Of a stretch of 64,000 nt of DNA, positions 1-8,680 are shown piece after piece. Every line of letters begins with the position of its first letter. The stretch's first letter is position 1. The position numbers were made by a program, and so were the translations under genes. Source of the DNA: Nitriliruptoraceae bacterium (GTDB lineage Bacteria > Actinomycetota > Nitriliruptoria > Nitriliruptorales > Nitriliruptoraceae). The notes beneath the pieces are model-generated. The model was not told the origin of the DNA. It saw only the letters and a list, made by a program, of their open reading frames with translations, and did no database searches. Location of the stretch: contig PWLR01000086.1 of NCBI GenBank assembly GCA_003558435.1, forward strand, positions 33,640 through 97,639, written 5' to 3'.

Positions 1-367
1 CCACCATCGGTGCACGACGCAGGATGGCCTTGATCCTCGCCACCAGCTCACGGGTCGAGAACGGCTTGGTCACGTAGTCGTCGGCCCCGAGCTCCAGACC
101 GACGACCCGGTCCACCTCCGCGTCCCGGGCGGTGAGCATGATGATCGGCACGTCCGACCGGGCCCGGATGGCACGACAGATCTCCGTGCCGGACATCCCG
201 GGCAGCATCAGGTCGAGCACCACCAGGTCGGGACGGACCCGTTCCCATGCCGGGATGGCATCCAGGCCGTCCTTGACCCAGGCAACCTGGAACCCTTCGG
301 ACTCCAGCGTGATCGCCAGGCCTTCGGCGATCGACTTCTCGTCCTCGACCAACAGCAATTTCGGCAT
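1..367 (-). CDS. OmpR/PhoB-family response regulator, N-terminal part (gene continues beyond window start)
   Basis: Reverse strand from ATG 367-365 reads MPKLLLVEDEKSIAEGLAITLESEGFQVAWVKDGLDAIPAWERVRPDLVVLDLMLPGMSGTEICRAIRARSDVPIIMLTARDAEVDRVVGLELGADDYVTKPFSTRELVARIKAILRR. This is a complete canonical receiver domain (acidic pair, VLDL phospho-Asp, LT, KPF). It is not in the ORF track because no stop lies in the window. Divergent from phoU. Confidence 0.85.
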   Translation of the reverse strand, partial: MPKLLLVEDEKSIAEGLAITLESEGFQVAWVKDGLDAIPAWERVRPDLVVLDLMLPGMSGTEICRAIRARSDVPIIMLTARDAEVDRVVGLELGADDYVTKPFSTRELVARIKAILRRAPMV

Positions 368-433
368 CGCCTGGTCCCCATCTGTTCGGGTCGGAGTTTG
401 GTCTCCGGGTTAGAGTGCGGGTGGAGGTACACC

Positions 434-1099
434 GTGCGAAATGACCTGGAACTACAGATCGATCAGCTGCGTGGCAGCGTGATCTCGATGGGCGAGCGCG
501 CCGATCGCATGATGGGCGACGCGTTGACGGCCCTCGCGGAGGGCGACCTGACCGCCGCCGAACTGGTGGTGGAGGCCGACGCCGCGCTCGACCGGTCCTA
601 CGAACAGGTCCAGCACGGGGTGCTCGCGGTGGTCGCGCTCCACGGTCCGGTGGGCCGTGACCTGCGGTTGCTGACCTCGTTGATCCATGTCAGCCTCCAC
701 CTCGAGCGGATGGGTGACTACGCCGTGAACGTGGCGCGGACCTTCCAACGGGCGGCCGGGTTCGCGGGGGACCAGGACCTCACCGAGCAGCTGCTCGAGA
801 TGGGCGGGCTGGCCCGCGACGTGGGCCGCGGCGCGCTGCAGGCCTTCGTCCGTTTCGACGCGGACATGGCGCGCGAGGCTGCCGCGATCGACGAACGGGT
901 CGACCGGTTCAACGACGGCATCTTCCACCGGCTGGTGGCTCTGGCCACCGAGAGCGAGGACCGGTTGGAGTGGGCGACGCGCATGATCCAACTGACCCGC
1001 CAGCTGGAACGGTTCGCCGACCACGGGGTCGATGTGGCCGAACAGGCCGTGTTCGTCTCCACCGGCGAGTCGGTCGAGCTCAGCTCCGAACTGCGCTGA
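434..1099 (+). CDS. phoU: phosphate signalling/transport regulator PhoU
   Basis: Track ORF 398..1099. Two PhoU repeats are recognisable (..LLTSLIHVSLHLERMGDYAVNVA.. and ..MIQLTRQLERFADHGVDVAEQ..). Start moved to in-frame GTG 434 because GGAGG at 424-428 lies 5 nt upstream. Confidence 0.9.
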   Translation: MRNDLELQIDQLRGSVISMGERADRMMGDALTALAEGDLTAAELVVEADAALDRSYEQVQHGVLAVVALHGPVGRDLRLLTSLIHVSLHLERMGDYAVNVARTFQRAAGFAGDQDLTEQLLEMGGLARDVGRGALQAFVRFDADMAREAAAIDERVDRFNDGIFHRLVALATESEDRLEWATRMIQLTRQLERFADHGVDVAEQAVFVSTGESVELSSELR

Positions 1100-1101
1100 G
1101 T

Positions 1102-1812
1102 TCATGGCCCGATCGCCACGCGTTCGCCCGTGACCACGAACGTCACGTGCTGGGCGAAGGCGACCCCGTGATCGGCCAGGCGCTCGAAGTACCGGCCGAG
1201 CAGCCCCAGCACCAGCACGTCGCTCGCGGCACCGTCGAGTTCGCGCGCGTGGACCAGCAGCCCGGTCCGCAAGGTGTCGACGTCGTTGTCGAGCCGGTCG
1301 AGTTCGTGCACCGCGAGTCCGTCGCGTTGCCGCCAGGCGTCGAGGCCGCGCCGGAACACCTCGGTGCTGCGATGGGCGAGCTCCTCCAACTGTTGCCGGA
1401 GTTCGACCGGTAGCAGCCGGGGGTCCATCCGCTCGACCGATTCGGCGACATGCCGCATCAACCGGCCGGCGCGTTCCACGTCGTTGACCAGGCGCAGGAT
1501 CGCGACCAGACGTCGCAGGTCACCGGACACCGGCGCCTCGCGGGCCAGCAGGATGAAACCCTGATCCTCGACGTGCCGGCACCGCTCCGTGATGTCGTCG
1601 GCGTGCCCGCGCGCCTCGTCGATGCACGCCCGGTCGCCGACCAGGAAGGCGCGTGTGATCGCCGGCATGGCCTCGGCGACCAGCAGGGCACCACCGACGA
1701 GTTCGTCGTCGATCCCGTCGAGCCGTTCCTGGTACTCGGAGCGCAACTGACGCCCCCGAGTACCCAGCCGTGGCAGGTCCTGTCGACCGATCCCCGAGCT
1801 CATGGTGACCAT
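1102..1812 (-). CDS. second PhoU-family protein (paralog)
   Basis: C-terminal ~236 codons of track ORF 1102..2223 (..LVAILRLVNDVERAGRLMRHVAES.. and ..LLGRYFERLADHGVAFAQHV..). ATG at 1812 or 1803. The upstream part of the track ORF merely translates the 21-bp tandem repeat. Tail-to-tail with phoU, stops 2 nt apart. Confidence 0.8.
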   Translation of the reverse strand: MVTMSSGIGRQDLPRLGTRGRQLRSEYQERLDGIDDELVGGALLVAEAMPAITRAFLVGDRACIDEARGHADDITERCRHVEDQGFILLAREAPVSGDLRRLVAILRLVNDVERAGRLMRHVAESVERMDPRLLPVELRQQLEELAHRSTEVFRRGLDAWRQRDGLAVHELDRLDNDVDTLRTGLLVHARELDGAASDVLVLGLLGRYFERLADHGVAFAQHVTFVVTGERVAIGP

Positions 1813-2029
1813 CCTCGTTCCGGGCGACGGACTCCGGGTGGAGCAGCTCGGAACGATAGGTTCCGGGCAGTGCGCACCTGTGACCGTGGGATGAACGGAG
1901 CATGAACGCAAGACGAACCGTTCACCTCGCGCGCTCGGGCGGACCATACGCGGAGAACCTCGAGGCGAGCCGGAGGTCGTACCCTGGCGCCCACCGGCAT
2001 GGCGACGCACGGCGGATCCGTGGCGGCGC

Positions 2030-2092
2030 GGTGGCGGGTTTCGCGGTGACGGTGGCGGGTTTCGCGGTGACGGTGGCGGGTTTCGCGGTGAC
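2030..2092. repeat. perfect 21-bp direct repeat x3 (GGTGGCGGGTTTCGCGGTGAC) plus partial 4th unit
   Basis: Read directly: units at 2030-2050, 2051-2071 and 2072-2092, all identical. Intergenic, 28 nt upstream of the hydrolase GTG 2120 and about 220 nt upstream of the divergent PhoU paralog. Confidence 0.95.
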
Positions 2093-2119
2093 GGTGACGG
2101 TGGAGTAGAGGGTGATGCA

Positions 2120-3088
2120 GTGACGACGAACATCTCGAGCGTGCGTGGGCTCACCGATACCTGGGACGACCGGGGCGGACATCTGTGGCCCAAGGACCGC
2201 GAGGTGGCCCGCGAGGACGCCACGATCGTGCGCTACGCGGTCCGTGGCCCGGTCGGTGCACCCACCGTGGTGTTCTGCGCCGGCTACCTGTGCCCCGACA
2301 ACTTCTGGCGGGACCTGGCCCCCGACCTGGTCCATGACCACCGCGTGATCATGCTCAACTACCGCGGCGTCGGCGCCTCCAGCGAGGCCGGCGGCGGCGC
2401 GCGCACCACCGACGCCGGGGCCTACGCGATCGAGCACCTCGCCGACGACGTCGCGGCCGTGATGGACGCGGAAGCCGTCGGCCGCGCGACGGGCGCTCCG
2501 GCGACCGTGATCGGTCACTCGATGGGTGTCCAGGTCGCGCTCGCACTGTGGCGTCGACGGCCGGAACTGGTCGGGCGGCTCGCCCTGATCGCCGGGCCCT
2601 ACGGCTCGCCGCTCAAGACCTTCTACGGCCGTTCGATCGCCGCCAACGTCTTCCCGCTGGTGTCGATCGCCGGTCCGGCGCTGCCCCGGGGCGTGCTCCG
2701 ACCGCTGATGCACGCCCTGGAGTTGCCGGTGACGATGCCGGTGGCACGCGCCATCCGGGCGCTCGGCCCCCACACCCCCGAGGAGGGGATGCACGGCTAC
2801 CGCTGGCACCTCGGCCGGGTGGATCCCCGTACGGCCATCTGGACCGCACGTGGCATGGCCGAATACGACGCCGGGTCCTTCCTGACCGAGGTGGACGTAC
2901 CGATGCTCATCGCGGTCGGCGGAGCGGATTCGTGGTGCCCGACGAGCGTGGGCGACGCCCTGCTGGAACGGGTGCCTCACGCGGAACTGCTGGTCGTGCC
3001 CGAAGCGAGTCACGGGCTGCCCATCGAGTTCCCGGAACTGCTGCTGCCCCGCATCCGCGCACTGGCCGACGAACGCGCCGCCGGCTGA
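2120..3088 (+). CDS. alpha/beta-fold hydrolase, substrate unknown
   Basis: Track ORF, GTG start. Nucleophile elbow VIGHSMGVQVAL and C-terminal His region PEASHGLPIEFPE. Length ~320 aa is typical of the fold. Confidence 0.85.
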   Translation: MTTNISSVRGLTDTWDDRGGHLWPKDREVAREDATIVRYAVRGPVGAPTVVFCAGYLCPDNFWRDLAPDLVHDHRVIMLNYRGVGASSEAGGGARTTDAGAYAIEHLADDVAAVMDAEAVGRATGAPATVIGHSMGVQVALALWRRRPELVGRLALIAGPYGSPLKTFYGRSIAANVFPLVSIAGPALPRGVLRPLMHALELPVTMPVARAIRALGPHTPEEGMHGYRWHLGRVDPRTAIWTARGMAEYDAGSFLTEVDVPMLIAVGGADSWCPTSVGDALLERVPHAELLVVPEASHGLPIEFPELLLPRIRALADERAAG

Positions 3089-3097
3089 GCCTCGGGC

Positions 3098-4087
3098 TCA
3101 GTACGGCACGGAGCTGTACTGGCGGAGCTTCTCCAGACGGTGGCGGGCGCGGATGATGCGGACCGTGCCCGACTTGGCGCGCATGACGAGCGACTCGGTG
3201 GTGGCGCCCTTCCGGTCGAAGCTGACCCCCCGCAACAGGTTGCCCTGGGTGATGCCGGTACAGGAGACGAACGAGTCGTCGGCGGTCACCAGATCATCCG
3301 CGGTCAGGACGACGTCGAGGTCGTAGCCGGCGTCGAGGGCGAGACCCCGCTCCTCGTCGGTGCGTGGCCACAGTCGGCCGAGCATCGCGCCGCCGAGGGC
3401 CTTCACCGCACAGGCCGTGATCACGCCCTCCGGTGTGCCACCGATCCCGTACAGCACGTCGACCTGTGGCCGATCGTCCCAGGCAGCGACGATCGCCGCC
3501 TCGACGTCGCCGTCGCTGATCAGCTGCAGCCGGGCGCCGACGTCACGGATCTGGCGCTTGGCCTCCTCGTGCCGATCGCGATCGAGCATCACGACGGTCA
3601 CGTCGCCGACCTGCCGACCCATCGCGGTCGCGATGGCCTGCAGGTTCTCACCGATCGGCCGATCGAGGTCGACGACCTCGGCGGCGTCCGGGCCGACGAC
3701 CAACTTCTCCATGTAGACGCACGGGCCCGGATCGAACATCGTCCCGGCCGGAGCGGCCGCCATAACCGCCAGCGAGCCGGGTCGGCCCTCGGCGAGCAGC
3801 CGGGTCCCGTCGATCGGATCGACGGCGATGTCGACCTTCGGCGGGTTGCCGGTCCCGACGCGCTCCCCGTTGTAGAGCATGGGGGCCTCGTCCTTCTCCC
3901 CCTCGCCGATCACCACGGTCGCGTCGATCTCCACGGTCTCGAGGACCGTGCGCATCGCGTCCACCGCCGCCTGGTCACCGGCTTCCTTGTCCCCCCGGCC
4001 CTGCCACCGGGCGGCCGCCATCGCGGCGGCCTCCGTGACACGGACGATCTCGATGGCGAGGTTGCGGTCCGGCTTCTCCGTGTTCAC
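3098..4087 (-). CDS. glpX: class II fructose-1,6-bisphosphatase GlpX
   Basis: Full-length family resemblance ([37 protein letters not shown].., ..IAVDPIDGT.., ..GIGGTPEGV..). GTG start at 4087. Confidence 0.95.
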   Translation of the reverse strand: MNTEKPDRNLAIEIVRVTEAAAMAAARWQGRGDKEAGDQAAVDAMRTVLETVEIDATVVIGEGEKDEAPMLYNGERVGTGNPPKVDIAVDPIDGTRLLAEGRPGSLAVMAAAPAGTMFDPGPCVYMEKLVVGPDAAEVVDLDRPIGENLQAIATAMGRQVGDVTVVMLDRDRHEEAKRQIRDVGARLQLISDGDVEAAIVAAWDDRPQVDVLYGIGGTPEGVITACAVKALGGAMLGRLWPRTDEERGLALDAGYDLDVVLTADDLVTADDSFVSCTGITQGNLLRGVSFDRKGATTESLVMRAKSGTVRIIRARHRLEKLRQYSSVPY

Positions 4088-4228
4088 AGCAAGGTCCTCC
4101 GAGAGCTGAGGCGGGACGCCGTTGTCCCACCACCGTCGAGCCTAGTGACCGCGATGGCCCGACCGAGGTCGCCCGTCCTGAGCGTCGTGGTGCCCGCGGG
4201 GTGTCCCCGCCAGCGGCGGCGCGGCTCG

Positions 4229-4987
4229 TCAGCGGCGGCGGGGCCTGACGGTGCGGGGCAGGTCCGCCCCGAGGTCGGGCAGCACCCCGGTCTCGGCCTG
4301 CGACCGCAACGCGTCGTTCTCGAACGCCACGCGGTCACGCAACCCGCTCTGATCGTTGAACAGCTGCTTGAGCAGGGAAACGGTCGCCGGGTCGCGACCA
4401 GCGGCCTGCGTGAGCCATTCGACCGCGGCGGCCTCGGTCTCGCCGTCGGGGACCAGCCGCTGCACGAAGCCACGCCCCTCGGCCTCCAGCGCGGTGACGT
4501 CCCGGCTGGAGAGCACCCAGTCCTTGGCCACCGACAGGCCGACCTGCCCGATCGTGCGCGCCGCGCCGACCGGGATGCCGTAGATCGCCCCCGGGAAACG
4601 GAAGCGAGCCGATCCGGCCGCCACCCTCAGGTCACAGGCCGCGGCGAGCTCCGCGCCCCCGCCGACCGCCGGTCCCTCGACGGCGGCCGCCGTGGCGACC
4701 CGGAACAGCGTCAACCGTTCGTAGACCGCCGTGAACAGCTCCATGCGACGTCTGCCGCCATCGGCCATCGTCTCCCGCACGTCCGCCCCCGCGGAGAAGA
4801 CCCCACCGCTTCCGGTGATGAGCAGACCCCGGATCCCCGGATCGGTGTCGGCGTCCTCGAGCGCGTCCAGCAGCGAGGCCAACAGCGAGGTGTCCATCGC
4901 GTTGCGCGCCGCGGGCCGGTGCATGCGCAGCGTGTGGAGCGTGCCCTCCGCCAGGTCGGTCACCTCGACGTCCAACGGTTCGTGCAC
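4229..4987 (-). CDS. enoyl-CoA hydratase/isomerase (crotonase) family protein
   Basis: LHTLRMHRPAARNAMDTSLLASLLDALEDADTDPGIRGLLITGSGGVFSAGADVRE is the crotonase oxyanion-hole region. ~250 aa. Confidence 0.9.
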   Translation of the reverse strand: MHEPLDVEVTDLAEGTLHTLRMHRPAARNAMDTSLLASLLDALEDADTDPGIRGLLITGSGGVFSAGADVRETMADGGRRRMELFTAVYERLTLFRVATAAAVEGPAVGGGAELAAACDLRVAAGSARFRFPGAIYGIPVGAARTIGQVGLSVAKDWVLSSRDVTALEAEGRGFVQRLVPDGETEAAAVEWLTQAAGRDPATVSLLKQLFNDQSGLRDRVAFENDALRSQAETGVLPDLGADLPRTVRPRRR

Positions 4988-5122
4988 GGTGCGCTCCTGG
5001 CGGGTGATGGGCCGCGGAGACTACCTGGGCACCCCTCGCGGCCCGCACGGACATCCGGGGCGCGAACCCGCCGCCCGGTCCGTGTCCAACGACCCATCGG
5101 CAGCCGCAGGTACCGTCGTCGC

Positions 5123-5944
5123 ATGTCCACCGAGTCCCGTGAGCGCCTGGTCCGCCTGGTCCGCCGTAACGACGCCGACCTCGCCGAGGCGGCGCTGTTG
5201 TGCTGTGTGGAGATGGACCCGGGGCTCGACGTCGATGCCACGTTGCTGCGCATCGACGCGCTCGCCGACATGCTGCGGACGCGTGGCGTGCCGTCGGGAT
5301 CCGCGGAGACGGACGCGCGGCAGCTCTCGGCGTTCCTGGCCGGCGAACTGCGCTTCACCGGCGACCAGGCCAGCTACCACGATCCGGACAACGCGCTGCT
5401 GCACCGCGTGCTCGACACCCGGCGCGGTCTGCCCATCACCCTGACGATCGTCTACGTCGCCATCGCGCGGCGCCTGGGACTGCCCGCCTACGCGGTGAAC
5501 CTCCCCGGTCACGTGGTCGCGGCGATCGCCGGTGGGGACCGCCCGGTGGTGATCGATCCGTTCCACGACGGCATCGTGTTGGACGAGCAGGCGGTCGCGA
5601 TGCGGATCGCCGCCGCGACCGGAGGCCAGGTCGGGTTCCGCCGCTCCATGCTCCGACCGGCACCGGCGGTCGACGTGGTCCGTCGTCTGCTCAACAACCT
5701 GACCCGCGACCTGAGTGCCGCCACCCATCCGGGCCGGGCGTTGTGGACGGTGGAACTCAAGCTGCTGCTGCCCAACCGCGCCGCCGACGACCACCGCGTG
5801 CTCGGCGAACTGCTCGCCGCCACGGGCCGGTTCGACGCTGCCGCCGATGCCTACGAGCGCTACCTGGAACTGGTCGGTGACGCCGCGCCGGACCGGGAAG
5901 GGGTCCGGCGCGCGGCGATCCGGGCGCGGGCGCGGCTCAACTGA
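5123..5944 (+). CDS. transglutaminase-like/TPR protein (SirB1, UPF0162-type)
   Basis: Last 273 codons of the 934-aa track ORF 3140..5944, from in-frame ATG 5123. ..RRGLPITLTIVYVAIARRLGLPAYAVNLPGHVV.. is followed by a TPR-like tail. The rest of that track ORF is antisense to glpX and the hydratase. Confidence 0.7.
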   Translation: MSTESRERLVRLVRRNDADLAEAALLCCVEMDPGLDVDATLLRIDALADMLRTRGVPSGSAETDARQLSAFLAGELRFTGDQASYHDPDNALLHRVLDTRRGLPITLTIVYVAIARRLGLPAYAVNLPGHVVAAIAGGDRPVVIDPFHDGIVLDEQAVAMRIAAATGGQVGFRRSMLRPAPAVDVVRRLLNNLTRDLSAATHPGRALWTVELKLLLPNRAADDHRVLGELLAATGRFDAAADAYERYLELVGDAAPDREGVRRAAIRARARLN

Positions 5945-6800
5945 CCGCGCGGCGGTAGGTGCGCACGGCCAGCACCGAGAAGATCGCGGTGATGCCTCCC
6001 AGCCACAGCAGCGCAGCCAGGACCTCGCCCCCGACGGTCTGACCCGGCAGGAGCACCTCCGGACCGAGCATCAGGCCGCGGATGGCGTTGGCGATGACCG
6101 TGATCGGCTGGTTGTCGGCGAACACCCGCAGCCAATCGGGCATCGTCTGGGTCGGCAGGAACACCGACGACGCGAACACCAAAGGGAAGATCGGGAGGAA
6201 CGAGGCGGACTGGGCGGCCTCCGGATTGCGCACGTACAGCCCGATGGTGGCCATCACCCACGACAGCGCGAACGCGAACAGCAGCGCGATCGCGAACCCA
6301 CCGAGGAACCCGAGCAGGCTCGTCTGCCACCGGAAACCGATCAGGAAGCCGACGGTCAGCATCAACGACAGCACGGCGGCGTTGCGGATCAGGTCGGCGA
6401 GCGTCCGCCCGGTCAGCACGGCGGCGCGAGACATCGGCAGGGCGCGGAACCGGTCGATCACGCCCTTGGAGAGGTCCTCGGTGAGCCCGAGCGCGGTCTG
6501 GCTGGCACCGAAGGCGGCGATCTGGACCAGCAGGCCGGGCAGCAGGAAGTTGGTGTAGGAGTCGATCCCCGGTGGCAGTGAGCCACTGATCGCACCACCG
6601 AACACGTAGTTGAACAGCAGCAGGAACATCACCGGCTGGATGGTGGCGAACACCAACAGTTGGGGTAGCCGCAGGTTGCGCAGCAGGTTGCGCTGGGTGA
6701 TCACCCAGGTGTCGGTGAGCGTCCCGCGCAGGGTGGTGTGCTCGCGGATCGGCACGAAGACCGTGGGGGCTCCGGCGAGGGTCGAGGTGTCGGCACTCAT
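5937..6800 (-). CDS. ABC-2 type exporter permease (DrrB-like)
   Basis: Multi-TM protein with the typical N-terminus ..TWVITQRNLLRNLRLPQLLVFATIQPVMFLLLF... ATG 6800 overlaps the ATPase stop (ATGA at 6797-6800). Confidence 0.85.
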   Translation of the reverse strand: MSADTSTLAGAPTVFVPIREHTTLRGTLTDTWVITQRNLLRNLRLPQLLVFATIQPVMFLLLFNYVFGGAISGSLPPGIDSYTNFLLPGLLVQIAAFGASQTALGLTEDLSKGVIDRFRALPMSRAAVLTGRTLADLIRNAAVLSLMLTVGFLIGFRWQTSLLGFLGGFAIALLFAFALSWVMATIGLYVRNPEAAQSASFLPIFPLVFASSVFLPTQTMPDWLRVFADNQPITVIANAIRGLMLGPEVLLPGQTVGGEVLAALLWLGGITAIFSVLAVRTYRRAVS

Positions 6801-7921
6801 GCTGCGGGCCTGTCGCCGGACGATGCCGGGGTCGTTGGGCTGGTGGTGGCCATACCGGTGGACGGCCCGCTCGTGGCGTCGAGGCCCACGCCGGTGGCGG
6901 CCTCGGCAGCCTCGCCCTCGACGGGTTCGGGCCGGTCGCCGGTGAGCGCCAGGAACACGTCGTCGAGGGTGGGCTTGTGCAGGGCGACATCCAGCGGCTG
7001 CAGCCCGATCGCGTCGAACCCGCGGGTGGCGGCCATCAGCGTGACCACGCCGTCCCGGGCCGGGACGCGCAGTCTGGTGCCGGCCGCAGCCGACGCGACC
7101 TCGTCACCGGCGATCCCACCGAGGATCTCGCGGGAGCGCGCCACGTCATCGGGCGCGACCGTGACCTCCAACACCGCGCCGCCGAGCGTGTCCTTCAACT
7201 CGTCCGCGGTCCCCTCGCTGACGATCCGCCCGTCATCGATGACCCCGATGCGATCGGCCAGCCGGTCCGCCTCCTCCAGGTACTGGGTGGTGAGCAGCAC
7301 GGTGGTGCCGGTCTCGACCAGGTCCTCGACGAGTTCCCACAGGTCGAGGCGACTGCGGGGGTCGATCCCCGTCGTGGGTTCGTCGAGGAACATCACCTGC
7401 GGTCGCCCCACCAGCGACGCCGCGAGGTCGAGGCGGCGGCGCATGCCACCGGAGTAGGTCCCGACGCGACGGGTCGCGGCATCGGTGAGCTTGATGCGCT
7501 CCAACACGTCGTCGGCGCGGCGCCGGGCCTCGCGGCCACTGAGCCCGTAGAGCCGGCCCACCATCACCACGTTCTCGCGACCGGTGAGGTACTCGTCGAC
7601 GGCGGCGAACTGGCCCGCCAGACCGATCCGCGCGCGGGCGCCGGTGGGATCGGCGAGCACGTCCACCCCTGCCACCTCGACGTCACCGCCCTCGGGCCGC
7701 AGCAACGTGGCCAGTACCCGGATCAGCGTGGTCTTGCCGGCGCCGTTGGGCCCGAGCAGTCCGTAGACGATCCCGGGAGCGACATCGAGCGAGACGTCGT
7801 CGAGCGCCCTGACGTCCTTGCCGAAGGTCTTGCTGACGCCCCGGACGCGAACGATGGGCCGCTCGGTGCCGGGTGGCTCAACGCGCTCGGGTGCGGGGGC
7901 GGGGGTGTCGGGGCTGGGCAC
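6797..7921 (-). CDS. ABC transporter ATP-binding protein (DrrA-like) with Ser/Thr/Pro-rich C-terminal tail
   Basis: Walker A GPNGAGKTT, signature YSGGMRRRL, Walker B VMFLDEPTTGIDP. Followed by a DrrA-type C-terminal domain and a ~55-aa low-complexity tail. Confidence 0.9.
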   Translation of the reverse strand: MPSPDTPAPAPERVEPPGTERPIVRVRGVSKTFGKDVRALDDVSLDVAPGIVYGLLGPNGAGKTTLIRVLATLLRPEGGDVEVAGVDVLADPTGARARIGLAGQFAAVDEYLTGRENVVMVGRLYGLSGREARRRADDVLERIKLTDAATRRVGTYSGGMRRRLDLAASLVGRPQVMFLDEPTTGIDPRSRLDLWELVEDLVETGTTVLLTTQYLEEADRLADRIGVIDDGRIVSEGTADELKDTLGGAVLEVTVAPDDVARSREILGGIAGDEVASAAAGTRLRVPARDGVVTLMAATRGFDAIGLQPLDVALHKPTLDDVFLALTGDRPEPVEGEAAEAATGVGLDATSGPSTGMATTSPTTPASSGDRPAA

Positions 7922-7987
7922 GGGATACTCCGGGGAAGACGTCGGGATCGTGGAAGATGGGGCACAGGTCGATGGTCACGCCGGCGA

Positions 7988-8596
7988 CTACGCGGGCGCC
8001 AGGCCGCGCCAGACCGCCGCGACCGCCCGTTCGACGGCCGTCGCGTCGTCGGGAGCCAGGTCCGGACCCCAGGCCATCGACATCGTGGCCTGGAACATGC
8101 AGCTGCCGAGCAGGGCGCTCGCGACGCCGTCCGGATCCGCCTCGCGGTGGACACGTCCGAGTTGCTGTTCCTTGCGGAGCCAGGCCGCCATGTTCTCGGT
8201 GGTCCGCCAGGGACCGTGGCCGGAGGCATGCATCTGTCGGCATCGCCCCTGGGCCGCGGCGTCGCGGGTCGCCACGCTCATCATCGGCATGCCACGGCGG
8301 AAGAAGTCGATCGCGAGCCAGGCGATCTCCTGCAGGTGGTCACGGATCTCGCCGGTGCCGGCCGCCTCACCGAGTTCCGAGATGAGCGCCGGGAACCGGG
8401 CGATGCGCTCGCTGACCACGCAGGAGACCAGTTCCTCCTTGTTGGCGAAGTGGTTGTAGATCGAGCCCTCGGAACACCCGGCTTCCAGGGCCAGGCGCCG
8501 GGTGGTCAACGCGGAGGCGCCATGCTCGTCGAGCACGCGTGCGGCCGCGTCGAGCAGTTGCTCGCGCAGCACGGCGGTGCGGGGGGGCGGGGACAT
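7988..8596 (-). CDS. TetR-family transcriptional regulator
   Basis: HTH region LREQLLDAAARVLDEHGASALTTRRLALEAGCSEGSIYNHFANKEELV. Start set at ATG 8596 (MSPPPRTAVL..) rather than the track start 8677. First gene of a tetR-drrA-drrB train. Confidence 0.85.
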   Translation of the reverse strand: MSPPPRTAVLREQLLDAAARVLDEHGASALTTRRLALEAGCSEGSIYNHFANKEELVSCVVSERIARFPALISELGEAAGTGEIRDHLQEIAWLAIDFFRRGMPMMSVATRDAAAQGRCRQMHASGHGPWRTTENMAAWLRKEQQLGRVHREADPDGVASALLGSCMFQATMSMAWGPDLAPDDATAVERAVAAVWRGLAPA

Positions 8597-8644
8597 CGAC
8601 GACCTGGGAGGGAACGAGGAGGCGGGCTGAACGCTCGACACCGG

Positions 8645-8666
8645 ACTGAGTGTGCGCTCACTCAGT
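8645..8666. promoter_or_regulatory. 22-bp palindrome, probable TetR operator
   Basis: ACTGAGTGTGC|GCTCACTCAGT: 10 of 11 positions pair. It sits in the 84-bp divergent region between the TetR start (8596) and the CPBP protease start (8681). Confidence 0.6.
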
Positions 8667-8680
8667 CGTGGCGTCAAGTG

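Noticed and set aside
2030-2092. Possibility that this or the other tandem repeats (14521, 28304, 42611) are CRISPR arrays
   Set aside because: Units are directly abutting with no spacers. There are only 2-3 copies of 11-21 bp, and no cas genes are present anywhere in the window.
1813-2223. N-terminal extension of ORF 1102..2223 with PRNPPPS x3 repeats
   Set aside because: The repeats are simply the translation of the intergenic 21-bp tandem repeat. PhoU-family similarity begins only after ATG 1812/1803, which also has a GAGG upstream.
3140-5944. 934-aa plus-strand ORF, the longest in this part of the track
   Set aside because: Its first ~660 codons run antisense to the clearly recognisable glpX and enoyl-CoA hydratase genes and translate to Arg/Gly/Pro-rich low-complexity sequence typical of high-GC antisense frames. 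Only the last 273 codons (5123..5944) look like a real protein.
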